DNA from: a virus
Taxonomy: Duplodnaviria > Caudoviricetes
Virus record (IMG/VR): IMGVR_UViG_3300011334_000014
Coordinates: 1-24,688 of that record
Length of the DNA stretch: 24,688 bases
Direction: 5' to 3' (one strand)
Numbering within the stretch: position 1 is the first letter of the stretch; every line of letters begins with the position of its first letter. Below are positions 17,420 through 24,688 of this stretch, piece after piece. A program made the position numbers and the translations under genes. The notes under the pieces were generated by a model that saw only the letters and a program-made list of their open reading frames with translations, ran no database searches and was not told the DNA's origin.

Positions 17420-18193
17420 TTAACGATTACGTTGCGCTTCATACTTACGAATCTGGCGATTGCGTTCGGCTTCGATCCAATCCGAGGTAGACATGGTTTT
17501 GATTGACCTTGGGTCAGTCGTGTCATGGCTCGGGCTTCCCGAAGACCGCGCAGTCACCGGACTAATAGGTGTTGGCGCAGAAGTTGTTTTCTTCACCGGA
17601 GGATTGTCAGACAATCTGACTTCAATCTTTCCGATTTCCCTTGCCTGCAAAATAGGTGACAAACGAGCAATGCGTTCAGCCTCTTTGGGGTTTGAACCTA
17701 GCCAATAAGCTAGATCAGGCCCAAGATCAGAATACTGAATTGTTTCAGCCATTACGTCGGTGATTCGCAGCTTGGGGTTGTACACGACATCTTCAAAATC
17801 GTCGTATTTGTCCCGCGCCTTTTCTTCACGTTCGCTGTAAGCCTCTACAATTTCAGCTTGTTCCTTTTGGCGATCCCGTTGAGCAAGCAATTCTTCGGCT
17901 TTTCTGAGCGCCAGTGCTTCCGCATAGGCATCAGTGCTTTCAAAATTGTCAATCGACGGCATTTCCTTGGGAGCAACTGGCACGGTTTGCCGTGCGGCTT
18001 GTTCACGTTCCCACTTGCGCTGTTCTCTTGCGAGGCGCTTGCCAATAGCAGCGTCAAGTTCCTCTTGCGAGAATGTCTTGGCAGGCTGGTTCTCAGCTAC
18101 TTCCGGCGAAGATACTGCAACTTCAGGTGTGGCCGTCACATCCTTCGTTGGCGCGGAGTCTACTTCCGCTAGGGCTTGGACTTCTTCAGTCAT
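17420..18193 (-). CDS. Scaffolding protein
   Basis: Acidic helical protein, KRLAREQRK, GPDLAYWLGSNP.EA.RI, EIGKIE, C-terminal MSTSDWI; directly upstream of the coat gene. Confidence 0.88.
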   Translation of the reverse strand: MTEEVQALAEVDSAPTKDVTATPEVAVSSPEVAENQPAKTFSQEELDAAIGKRLAREQRKWEREQAARQTVPVAPKEMPSIDNFESTDAYAEALALRKAEELLAQRDRQKEQAEIVEAYSEREEKARDKYDDFEDVVYNPKLRITDVMAETIQYSDLGPDLAYWLGSNPKEAERIARLSPILQAREIGKIEVRLSDNPPVKKTTSAPTPISPVTARSSGSPSHDTTDPRSIKTMSTSDWIEAERNRQIRKYEAQRNR

Positions 18194-18198
18194 GTTTT

Positions 18199-18230
18199 AA
18201 CTCTTTAGAGTTCCCGGTGAACCTCACCGG
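18199..18230 (-). promoter_or_regulatory. Tandem hairpins in the scaffold gene leader
   Basis: CCGGTGA-GGT-TCACCGG then AACTC-TAAA-GAGTT, 5 nt before the ATG; no U-tract. Confidence 0.5.
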
Positions 18231-18236
18231 TAAGGT

Positions 18237-18716
18237 TTAAAGCATTCGAGTAACAACTCTTTGACCAGCGGTTAAACCAGTTGCAAAAGTAATTGTAGTC
18301 GTATTGGTTTCAGTATAGTCGTAATTAAACTCTTTGACGAGGCCATTGACAATAACCATTAAATAACCGCCAAGGCCGTATTCGGGGACTGTAAACACAG
18401 TTTGTCCGGCGGTAGCAACAATAGTTGGGTTTTGAACACCTAAAACACTATTTACACCGTCAGCAGTCCAAATCAAATTGTCCAGCGAATCTTTAAGCAA
18501 CAACGTGTAACGCGATGGGCCAAACCACACATTAGCTTCGCCACGCGAGTCTAGGATTACAGGGTTTGCGTTTGCAGTAGTTGCTGCGCTGCTTGTGTAA
18601 GTAGCCAAGGGCACTGTTGTGCCACTGGCGTAAGTAAACAGTTTGCCGCCAACCAAGGGAACGCCCGCAGCCGTAAAAAACTGCATTTTTGGTGATGGGC
18701 TAAGAGTAGCAATCAT
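18237..18716 (-). CDS. Short tail adaptor: tailspike virion-binding-like domain plus small beta domain
   Basis: QFF...G.PL.GGKLFTYASGTT.P.ATYT...NPVILDSRGEA.VW, then ATAGQTVFT...VIVNG...DYTETNTTTITF..GL.AG. Confidence 0.75.
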   Translation of the reverse strand: MIATLSPSPKMQFFTAAGVPLVGGKLFTYASGTTVPLATYTSSAATTANANPVILDSRGEANVWFGPSRYTLLLKDSLDNLIWTADGVNSVLGVQNPTIVATAGQTVFTVPEYGLGGYLMVIVNGLVKEFNYDYTETNTTTITFATGLTAGQRVVTRML

Positions 18717-18967
18717 GCGCTTTCCAATTCTTTAATTTGCGCGGTAATAGTGGCCGTTGATGTGTCGCGGTCAATACTCATACAGCCTTTACACACGATG
18801 TTGTAATCTACACCATTTGCGTCTTTTTCGCTTTTAACAGGCACTGTAATGTCTAAGTTTTTAAACAAATATTCTTTGCCGTTTTCAAAAACACGCCAGA
18901 CGTGATCCATTGAACCGCGCCCAGCTTGGCCACGGGTTTTGTTAAATCTGATCTGGTATGTGTTCAT
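18713..18967 (-). CDS. Hypothetical beta-rich protein
   Basis: ATGA overlaps at both ends. Confidence 0.75.
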   Translation of the reverse strand: MNTYQIRFNKTRGQAGRGSMDHVWRVFENGKEYLFKNLDITVPVKSEKDANGVDYNIVCKGCMSIDRDTSTATITAQIKELESA

Positions 18968-19677
18968 ACAATCTCAGCGGCTGGCGCTGGGCAAGCCTGC
19001 GGTTGATGGATTACTGTCAAGTTGAAATGCACAAACTTAATTGGCAGTTCAGCAGCGTGGCGTGTAAAAGAATGAGCAAGCCATGAGTTAGCAAAAATCA
19101 TCATGCCAGGCTTTGGCGTAAAGTTAATCATTTTGCTGGCTGGAGTGGCTATATTGATGTCTTGTTCTGGCAAGTCAATTTGCACCTTGGCTGCACGGGG
19201 GTCATGGAACACTACATGGGAACAATCTTCTGGGGTTTCCAAAAAGTAAAAACCCACAATTTGAGAACCAAATCCATGAACGTGTGCGTCCATTGCAGAA
19301 TGCTTGTAATGCTCTTGTGTCCACATTTCTGTAAATTGCACCGCCCTGTCTTGCATGGCGTAGCCTTGCTCATTAAGTATGTTCCAAGCTGTTGAGCCAA
19401 TAAACTCAGAAAACTTGGCCATGCGGGGGTCGGCAAAGTAACTAGCCGTCATGTAGACAGGATAGATTTCGTTTAGATCGCGCTCTTTACGCTGGACTTC
19501 TAAGGCTTCTTCAGAAACAGGGTTAACCATTTCTAAAAAGTCAGGGCGCTCAATAATGTAAATTGGGCAGGGAAATTGATGTGCAACTTGAAGTTGTGTT
19601 TGCAGAACAACTTCAGCCACCGACTCAGCAGCTTTACACACTTTTTGCTTTAACTTTTTAGTTGCAGTTTTTGCCAC
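18964..19677 (-). CDS. Putative 2OG-Fe(II) oxygenase (TIGR02466-like)
   Basis: W.Q......M..HVH....VGFYFL...FHDPR...P.PG...F.NSWL.H...FN; GTG start after AAGGA. Confidence 0.82.
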   Translation of the reverse strand: MAKTATKKLKQKVCKAAESVAEVVLQTQLQVAHQFPCPIYIIERPDFLEMVNPVSEEALEVQRKERDLNEIYPVYMTASYFADPRMAKFSEFIGSTAWNILNEQGYAMQDRAVQFTEMWTQEHYKHSAMDAHVHGFGSQIVGFYFLETPEDCSHVVFHDPRAAKVQIDLPEQDINIATPASKMINFTPKPGMMIFANSWLAHSFTRHAAELPIKFVHFNLTVIHQPQACPAPAAEIV

Positions 19678-19702
19678 GGTTTAATCCTTGTTGTTTGGGT
19701 TG

Positions 19703-20188
19703 TCAGTTTACAACCTGAACCCATTGCCAAGCAAGAAAATCAAACTTGTATTGACTATTGTCAACTGGTTTGGCTGGAGCCTCTTTCCAATTATTGTCTG
19801 CGCCGCACCAAGCCATGGTTACCCCCTCAATTGGCTCAGGATATGGAACAGGGGGAACCATTGTGTTGGTAGCCTCATCAAGTACCCATGTAGTCCAGTT
19901 TTCGGGGTATGGCCGATTGTAAAAAGCATCACGAATTTCTTGTTGCACCGCAGCTTTTTCTTCTGCGGTCATGTCGCGTACAACCCACACGTCAGTCCAA
20001 GCGCCGTCTACTTTGGCGTAAATTGGGATGTCGCTGTCCAAAACCTGATACATACCTGGAACAGGGCGCTCAACACGAATAAATGGCTCCCAGTGTGCGG
20101 GAATTGAACCAAACGCTTCAAGAAGGTTGTCTTCAAAAGCAGGATGGTTTTTGGTTACGCCGTTTTCAGTTTCAATATAAAGGTTCAT
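19703..20188 (-). CDS. Fibre-associated protein (assembly-chaperone-like)
   Basis: W.DVW.VRDMT.EEK, PYP..W...W.LDE.T....PPVPYP, Trp-rich; ATGA overlap with the Gly-rich gene gives start 20188. Confidence 0.6.
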   Translation of the reverse strand: MNLYIETENGVTKNHPAFEDNLLEAFGSIPAHWEPFIRVERPVPGMYQVLDSDIPIYAKVDGAWTDVWVVRDMTAEEKAAVQQEIRDAFYNRPYPENWTTWVLDEATNTMVPPVPYPEPIEGVTMAWCGADNNWKEAPAKPVDNSQYKFDFLAWQWVQVVN

Positions 20189-21348
20189 GGTTTGTCGCCT
20201 GTACAAGTTGATGGGTACGAGCGTGTGTTACCCGGCCAAATAATGCGAACCGCGCCAACAGCACCTGTGCCAGAACCAGAACTTGTACCAGAACCAGCAC
20301 CACCACCGCCGTATGCTCCACCATTTGCACCCGAGCCGCTTGCGCCAGATGAACCACCGCCGCCAGGATTGCCCGCAGAACCGCAAATAGGTGCGCCGCC
20401 TGCGCCATTGCCGCCTTGACCAAGTAAGCCTACGCCGCCGCCGCCGCTGCCACCCCAAGGATTTCGCCCGCCGCTACCGCCGCCGCCGCCGCCGCCCGCG
20501 CCAGTTTGACCGCTGCTTTGATTATTACCGCCGCTACCGCCGCAGCCAGCATATCCAGCACCGCCAGCGCCGCCGCCACCAATAACACCACCAACTTGAC
20601 CCTGACCCCCAGTGCCACCAGTTTTAGCAGTTGCGCCGCAAGCAGAACTACCCGCGCCTGGAGCGCCGCCGCCTTTTGCAACTCCACGAGTACCGCCGCC
20701 AGCACTTAGGTTACTAGAAGGTAATGTCGCAGTACTGGCTCCTCCATTTGTAGAGCCAGAACTTGCGGGGCCTCCCGCGCCAACCACAATTGCGTATGAA
20801 TTGCCTGGGACAACCGTAATGTTGTTTTTGTACGCCAAACCACCTGCGCCGCCGCCGCCACCGCCCGCTGAAACGGGCAATCCCGTGCAACAGCAAAGGG
20901 TTGTACCGGTTGGGCCACCGCCACCACCGCCGCCTACAACAAGGACAGAAACCGAAGTCACGCCGGTTGGGGCAACCCAAGAATAAGAACCGGCAGTTGT
21001 ATAGGCTTGTTGACCTATGGCTGCGGTTGTTGTGATTGAATTACTTGCCGCGCTATTTGGGCTGTTACCAAGAGCATTTGTGGCGTACACAACAAATGTG
21101 TAAGACGTAGAAGGCGAAAGACCAGTTACTGAAATTGTTCCAGACCCTGCTTGACTTAATGTGCCTGTACCGCCAGAAGGTGTTGAAACCGCCGTATACG
21201 AAGTAATGGGCAAACCGCCGTCAGATACTGGCGCGGTATATGCCACGGTTGCGGTTGATGAGCCTGTTTGTGTGGCCGTGCCAATGGTAGGCGCGCCAGG
21301 CACTGAGCCATAGCTGCCACCCACAAAACTGGTAATGATCCCACTCAT
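20185..21348 (-). CDS. FN3 plus glycine-rich-domain fibre/adhesin protein
   Basis: VPGAPTIGTA...DGG.PITSY...GLSPSTSYTF.V.ATN..G FN3 domain; SWVAPTGVTSVSVLVVGGGGGG...GAVRIIW Gly-rich domain. Confidence 0.85.
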   Translation of the reverse strand: MSGIITSFVGGSYGSVPGAPTIGTATQTGSSTATVAYTAPVSDGGLPITSYTAVSTPSGGTGTLSQAGSGTISVTGLSPSTSYTFVVYATNALGNSPNSAASNSITTTAAIGQQAYTTAGSYSWVAPTGVTSVSVLVVGGGGGGGPTGTTLCCCTGLPVSAGGGGGGAGGLAYKNNITVVPGNSYAIVVGAGGPASSGSTNGGASTATLPSSNLSAGGGTRGVAKGGGAPGAGSSACGATAKTGGTGGQGQVGGVIGGGGAGGAGYAGCGGSGGNNQSSGQTGAGGGGGGGSGGRNPWGGSGGGGVGLLGQGGNGAGGAPICGSAGNPGGGGSSGASGSGANGGAYGGGGAGSGTSSGSGTGAVGAVRIIWPGNTRSYPSTCTGDKP

Positions 21349-21992
21349 GACACGTTTCCGGTTACCACACAGACTGTACCGCTAATAAACAAGATGTTGC
21401 AAACACCGCGAGTTGCCAAAGACAATGTGGCTTTGTCAGCATCTGTACCGCCTTGGTACGCTGTTGTAATAGACAAAGTAATCGTAATTGAACCAGACGT
21501 GTTGTTAAAAAGAACAACTGCATCACCGGCTGAAAATACAGCATCGGGGACAATAATTGAGCCACTTGTGCCAATTTCAATAAATTCGCCTACATCGGTT
21601 GTCGCCAACGTGTAACTTGTAGTCTTGGCCGCACCAGACTGAGGTATTGCACGAAGTTTTCCAGCGCCGTCATTGTATGACGCAGCCGTAGTCACTACGC
21701 CGCTACCCTTAGGTGTAAGCGTTATGCTGATGTTTGTGTCTGTGCCACTGGCCACAGCGCTTGTGCCGGAAACCGTAAGTTTGGCAGCCGCCACGTTTGT
21801 ATCAAGTGAGCCTTGAAGCGTAGTTGCTGTAACAGTAGTAGCAGAAAGGCTTGTTGCTGAAATAGCTTTGCCTGCCGTTAAATTGTTAACCGAAACTTGT
21901 ACAGTGCTGCCCGATTGGACAATCGGCAGGACTTCAGTACCAGCAAGCGGGGTTGATGCCGCTGGTAATTGGGAAATTTTTAAGTCAGCCAT
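21345..21992 (-). CDS. Fibre connector protein (MADLKISQLP N-terminus)
   Basis: MADLKISQLPAASTPLAGTEVLPIVQSGST N-domain, TPKGSG shaft, C-terminal KTTSYTL..TD.G knob. Confidence 0.75.
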   Translation of the reverse strand: MADLKISQLPAASTPLAGTEVLPIVQSGSTVQVSVNNLTAGKAISATSLSATTVTATTLQGSLDTNVAAAKLTVSGTSAVASGTDTNISITLTPKGSGVVTTAASYNDGAGKLRAIPQSGAAKTTSYTLATTDVGEFIEIGTSGSIIVPDAVFSAGDAVVLFNNTSGSITITLSITTAYQGGTDADKATLSLATRGVCNILFISGTVCVVTGNVS

Positions 21993-21996
21993 TTAA

Positions 21997-22161
21997 TCAC
22001 TCCAAAAGGATATAGTCGCCATTTTCTTGCACAAGGTTTGCTCCAGATTCTGTCAGTAAATTATCTACTGTCAAGCTGTTGTCTATCGTGCCTGAAAAAA
22101 GCGTGGCGATGCCGCCAAGCCCAATTGACACAGCATTTCTGATAGCAATTCCAAAACTCAT
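21997..22161 (-). CDS. 54-aa anchor/adaptor peptide with C-terminal LLTESG..LVQE.G motif
   Basis: ATG at 22161 overlaps the upstream stop (ATGA); MSFGIAIRNAVSIGLGG...LLTESGANLVQENGDYILLE. Confidence 0.75.
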   Translation of the reverse strand: MSFGIAIRNAVSIGLGGIATLFSGTIDNSLTVDNLLTESGANLVQENGDYILLE

Positions 22162-22460
22162 TGGATGTTTATTGCTTTGCAATAAATCGAACCCGTCGCG
22201 CTCACTTGTATCGCGCTGACGCGCCAAGGAGCGCCTGTGCCAGCGGGCACACTGAACGGGATGGGTGTAAATGCAGGGATGGGGGTGCTTGCAGTGGTAG
22301 CTGTAACGCCTTCACCAACCACCACATAGCAGGGGGTTGTTGACCACACTACGACACCTTGAGGGCCAGCCGCCCAAGTGCTAGTCGAACCAGCCGAACC
22401 CGAATACGAAACAGTCGCGGCAGGGAATACCGTGTCGGCTAGAGGTTTTAAAAGTTCCAT
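22158..22460 (-). CDS. Small beta-sandwich virion protein (putative head-spike base)
   Basis: AAGGAG RBS, 100 aa, Ser/Thr/Ala/Val-rich beta pattern; function inferred. Confidence 0.65.
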   Translation of the reverse strand: MELLKPLADTVFPAATVSYSGSAGSTSTWAAGPQGVVVWSTTPCYVVVGEGVTATTASTPIPAFTPIPFSVPAGTGAPWRVSAIQVSATGSIYCKAINIQ

Positions 22461-22479
22461 GATGGCTCCTTATGCCTTA

Positions 22480-22508
22480 AATATACCATAGCGATTAAAT
22501 TACGCCAA
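22480..22508 (-). promoter_or_regulatory. Candidate sigma70-type promoter for the fibre cassette
   Basis: TTGGCG-17 nt-TATATT with an extended -10 TG, upstream of the AAGGAG RBS. Confidence 0.4.
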
Positions 22509-22862
22509 AAATTTTAACTTGTAAAGGGTTCGCAAGTAAACCTCAACAATGTTGTCAATCAACTGCTGCAATGAACTGTCGGACTTATCGCAAACTTCGT
22601 ACCTTGCGTCTTCGATCTGTTTGAGCGAATCTTCCAAGAATTCAATGACATTGTTTGTCTTTTTGACAGAATGCAAAGTGATTGGCCCAATCAAACCGTG
22701 CCTGCCTTGGTAGGCTTCGGCAAAGTCATCAGCTGCGCCAATGATGCGGTCATAAAAGATGTTCAACGCTACATGCTTGGAATAGCTTCTAGTGTTCAGA
22801 TGCACCGAGTGAGTGACATCCCTAGCTAAAAACAACAAACCTATAAATTCAGCAGCTTTCAT
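22500..22862 (-). CDS. Ferritin/Dps-like four-helix protein (DUF5856-like)
   Basis: H..HL.T.SY..H.AL..FYD......D.FAEAYQG...QQLIDNI......TLYKLKFL. Confidence 0.75.
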   Translation of the reverse strand: MKAAEFIGLLFLARDVTHSVHLNTRSYSKHVALNIFYDRIIGAADDFAEAYQGRHGLIGPITLHSVKKTNNVIEFLEDSLKQIEDARYEVCDKSDSSLQQLIDNIVEVYLRTLYKLKFLA

Positions 22863-24688
22863 TGTGGCATTCCTTGTGGCATTTCTTGAGGTGGCATACC
22901 CTCTGGTGGCATACCCATTTGTTGCATTTCACCCATGTTTTCCATTGACATCTCACGGCCTGGCATCTCGCCCACAAGATCACCACTTGTAATCATGCCG
23001 TGAACTGTACCCATCACGATGTCTTGAATTTGCTCTGGCGACATGCTAGCCTGAACAGCAGAAATACGCTGTGTTTCAGCCGCATACGCCTTGACCATGG
23101 CTTCAAACTCTTTGATCTCATTTGTGCGAACAATCTCAGAACTATGCACATTGTCAATCATTCCAACCAATTGATCCATCTGCTGGCTCATGGCTTGGAT
23201 CTGCTGCTGGGCCGCCTGCAACTCAGGTGAGTCTTCACCGTCACTGAGGAATTTCGGATCAATGGTCTTGGCAAAGCGTTTGGCCATTTCTTGCGCCCCA
23301 GGCCAATCCATGTTCTTCACAAACAAATCACCAGCCACCGCCCACAGCTGCGGGTTGCCCTGCAACAACATGCCCATTGCCTCAAGTGACTCTTGGCGCT
23401 TGGTAGCGTAGCCCGGCCCCGTTGTCGCCACAACGTCGTACTTGCCAACACCAGGGTTATAGATCTTGTCAATCAAAATACCCTCTTGATCGCGGATTTC
23501 GCGCACCGGCATTGGCTGCTCTGGATCAATCTTGGCCATCTTGGTCACGCCGTCTTCCCCAATAATTCGGGCAATACGTTGCGTGTCATAGATTTTGGGG
23601 ATCAAATCAACCAGTTGACGGGCAATGTGGCGAACGCCGCGAGTCAAGTTGTCACCATAGTGGTAAGTGCCAACATCACCCTCACGCTGACGCGCAAGAA
23701 TGGCTTTACCAGAGCGCTCATTACCGCCTTGGCCTAATGATGCGTTGTACTGGCCAGTTGTGGACTTGATGTCTTCGGATGCGCCAGCTTTGGCCTGCAA
23801 CAAACCAGACGAAGCCATTGGCGGCTGGGCACGTTGGGGCAGTGGCAAAACAGCGCCTTGGCCATCGGTCACATCGGGGTTAACTTCTAGATAAGGCCAG
23901 TTGTTTGTGTTGGCCGTCTTCCATTTTTCCTCATAACCCTCAAACTGGCCACCATAACCAATGAACGGTGCTTTGGGAGCCAGAGCCAACATTTCGGCTT
24001 CTTGGCTGACCCAATAGTTGTACATGCGCTGGGCATCCTTGGCGTTACGCACAAGGCCACTGATGTAGATCCTGCCGTCAACTTCAAACTCATTGCCAAC
24101 AATGCGAACCACGGGGATGTACTTGCCAGCCCATTCGTTTTGCTCAAGGATTTCGTATCCATTGATCTTGCAATACCGAACACGGGGGCGGTCAGATTCG
24201 CGTGTGCGCTTGGGCTTGCCGTAGGCTTGGCGAAGCATCTTGTCTTCGGGTGTGCCTTCAAACGCCGTCGCGTTGCCGGGGTACAAGTTCAGCGTAGCGC
24301 GGTCATATTCAATGTAGTAATAATCCGCAATGCGGATCGTGTCTTCATTGAGCCAGTTGGATATTGACTGATCGCCTACACCCAAAGATTGCAAAGTTGT
24401 AATGGGCGCTGCATCTGGGTACATGCGTTCATAGTCTTCTTTGGTCACGTCTTCGGTGACAAAGCAATACTTGGCATCTGCACCCGTTGGGTCTTGAATC
24501 GTTGGATCCATGTAGACCGAGAAGCTGTTGCGAACTCGGCCAATCTTAATGTCTTGATTAAAGTTGTCGTCGTCGCAATACTCGGTCAGCAACCTAATGT
24601 AGCCCTCACCATAAGCCACTTGGTTTTCGCAGGCCGTGTCGTATGCAACGTCAGCGTCCGAAATGTACTCAATGTGGCGAATCATGCC
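22859..24688 (-). CDS. Portal protein (P22-like), 5'-truncated
   Basis: GLVRNAKDAQRMYNYW.S, ERSGKAILARQ.EGD, IPKIYDTQRIARIIGEDG, GKYDV....GPGYATKRQE, long C-terminal helix. Confidence 0.94.
   Translation of the reverse strand, partial: GMIRHIEYISDADVAYDTACENQVAYGEGYIRLLTEYCDDDNFNQDIKIGRVRNSFSVYMDPTIQDPTGADAKYCFVTEDVTKEDYERMYPDAAPITTLQSLGVGDQSISNWLNEDTIRIADYYYIEYDRATLNLYPGNATAFEGTPEDKMLRQAYGKPKRTRESDRPRVRYCKINGYEILEQNEWAGKYIPVVRIVGNEFEVDGRIYISGLVRNAKDAQRMYNYWVSQEAEMLALAPKAPFIGYGGQFEGYEEKWKTANTNNWPYLEVNPDVTDGQGAVLPLPQRAQPPMASSGLLQAKAGASEDIKSTTGQYNASLGQGGNERSGKAILARQREGDVGTYHYGDNLTRGVRHIARQLVDLIPKIYDTQRIARIIGEDGVTKMAKIDPEQPMPVREIRDQEGILIDKIYNPGVGKYDVVATTGPGYATKRQESLEAMGMLLQGNPQLWAVAGDLFVKNMDWPGAQEMAKRFAKTIDPKFLSDGEDSPELQAAQQQIQAMSQQMDQLVGMIDNVHSSEIVRTNEIKEFEAMVKAYAAETQRISAVQASMSPEQIQDIVMGTVHGMITSGDLVGEMPGREMSMENMGEMQQMGMPPEGMPPQEMPQGMPQ

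Larger units (their letters stand above)
1..24688. mobile_element. Tailed bacteriophage genome segment, P22-like podovirus morphogenesis module
   Basis: Portal-scaffold-coat-gp4-gp10-needle-ejection protein order, lysozyme/holin, phage replication genes, dense overlapping ORFs, no host housekeeping genes. Confidence 0.97.

Noticed and set aside
20144-20986. Pro-rich and Arg-rich alternative ORFs
   Set aside because: Antisense or shifted-frame shadows of the poly-Gly (GGC)n coding sequence
20185-21992. Diversity-generating retroelement or invertible fibre system
   Set aside because: No reverse transcriptase, invertase, or long template/variable repeat pair visible in this window
22862-22970. 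Short TGGCAT-containing repeats at the portal 3' end
   Set aside because: They encode an ordinary low-complexity Met/Pro/Gln tail, not an array
1-24688. Stop-codon reassignment
   Set aside because: Genes are full length and tightly tiled under the standard code

Overview
Fragment of a tailed dsDNA phage with a P22-like (podovirus) virion module, in the standard genetic code. The + strand (1-4870) holds a recombination/replication block: AAA/Sak4-type ATPase, DUF669-type SSB, Cas4-like exonuclease, SF2 helicase and small Zn-finger/RHH genes. It converges head-on with a long - strand late operon. In order of transcription that operon runs: portal; a ~4.6 kb accessory cassette (ferritin-like protein, putative head-spike base, anchor peptide, connector, FN3/Gly-rich fibre, chaperone-like protein, 2OG-Fe(II) oxygenase, small unknown, short tail adaptor); scaffold; P22-type coat; decoration proteins; gp4 and gp10; needle-like protein; cupin; three ejection proteins; a multi-gene lysis cassette. 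The most striking signal is an acidic peptide motif (LLTESGxxLVQExG) at the C-terminus of a 54-aa ORF, which also occurs inserted into the tail-hub protein gp10 with different codons. This suggests a modular peptide-docking system that could mount the same fibre on both head and tail. All family assignments come from motif recognition and synteny, not database searches. No integrase, tRNA or CRISPR array was seen.
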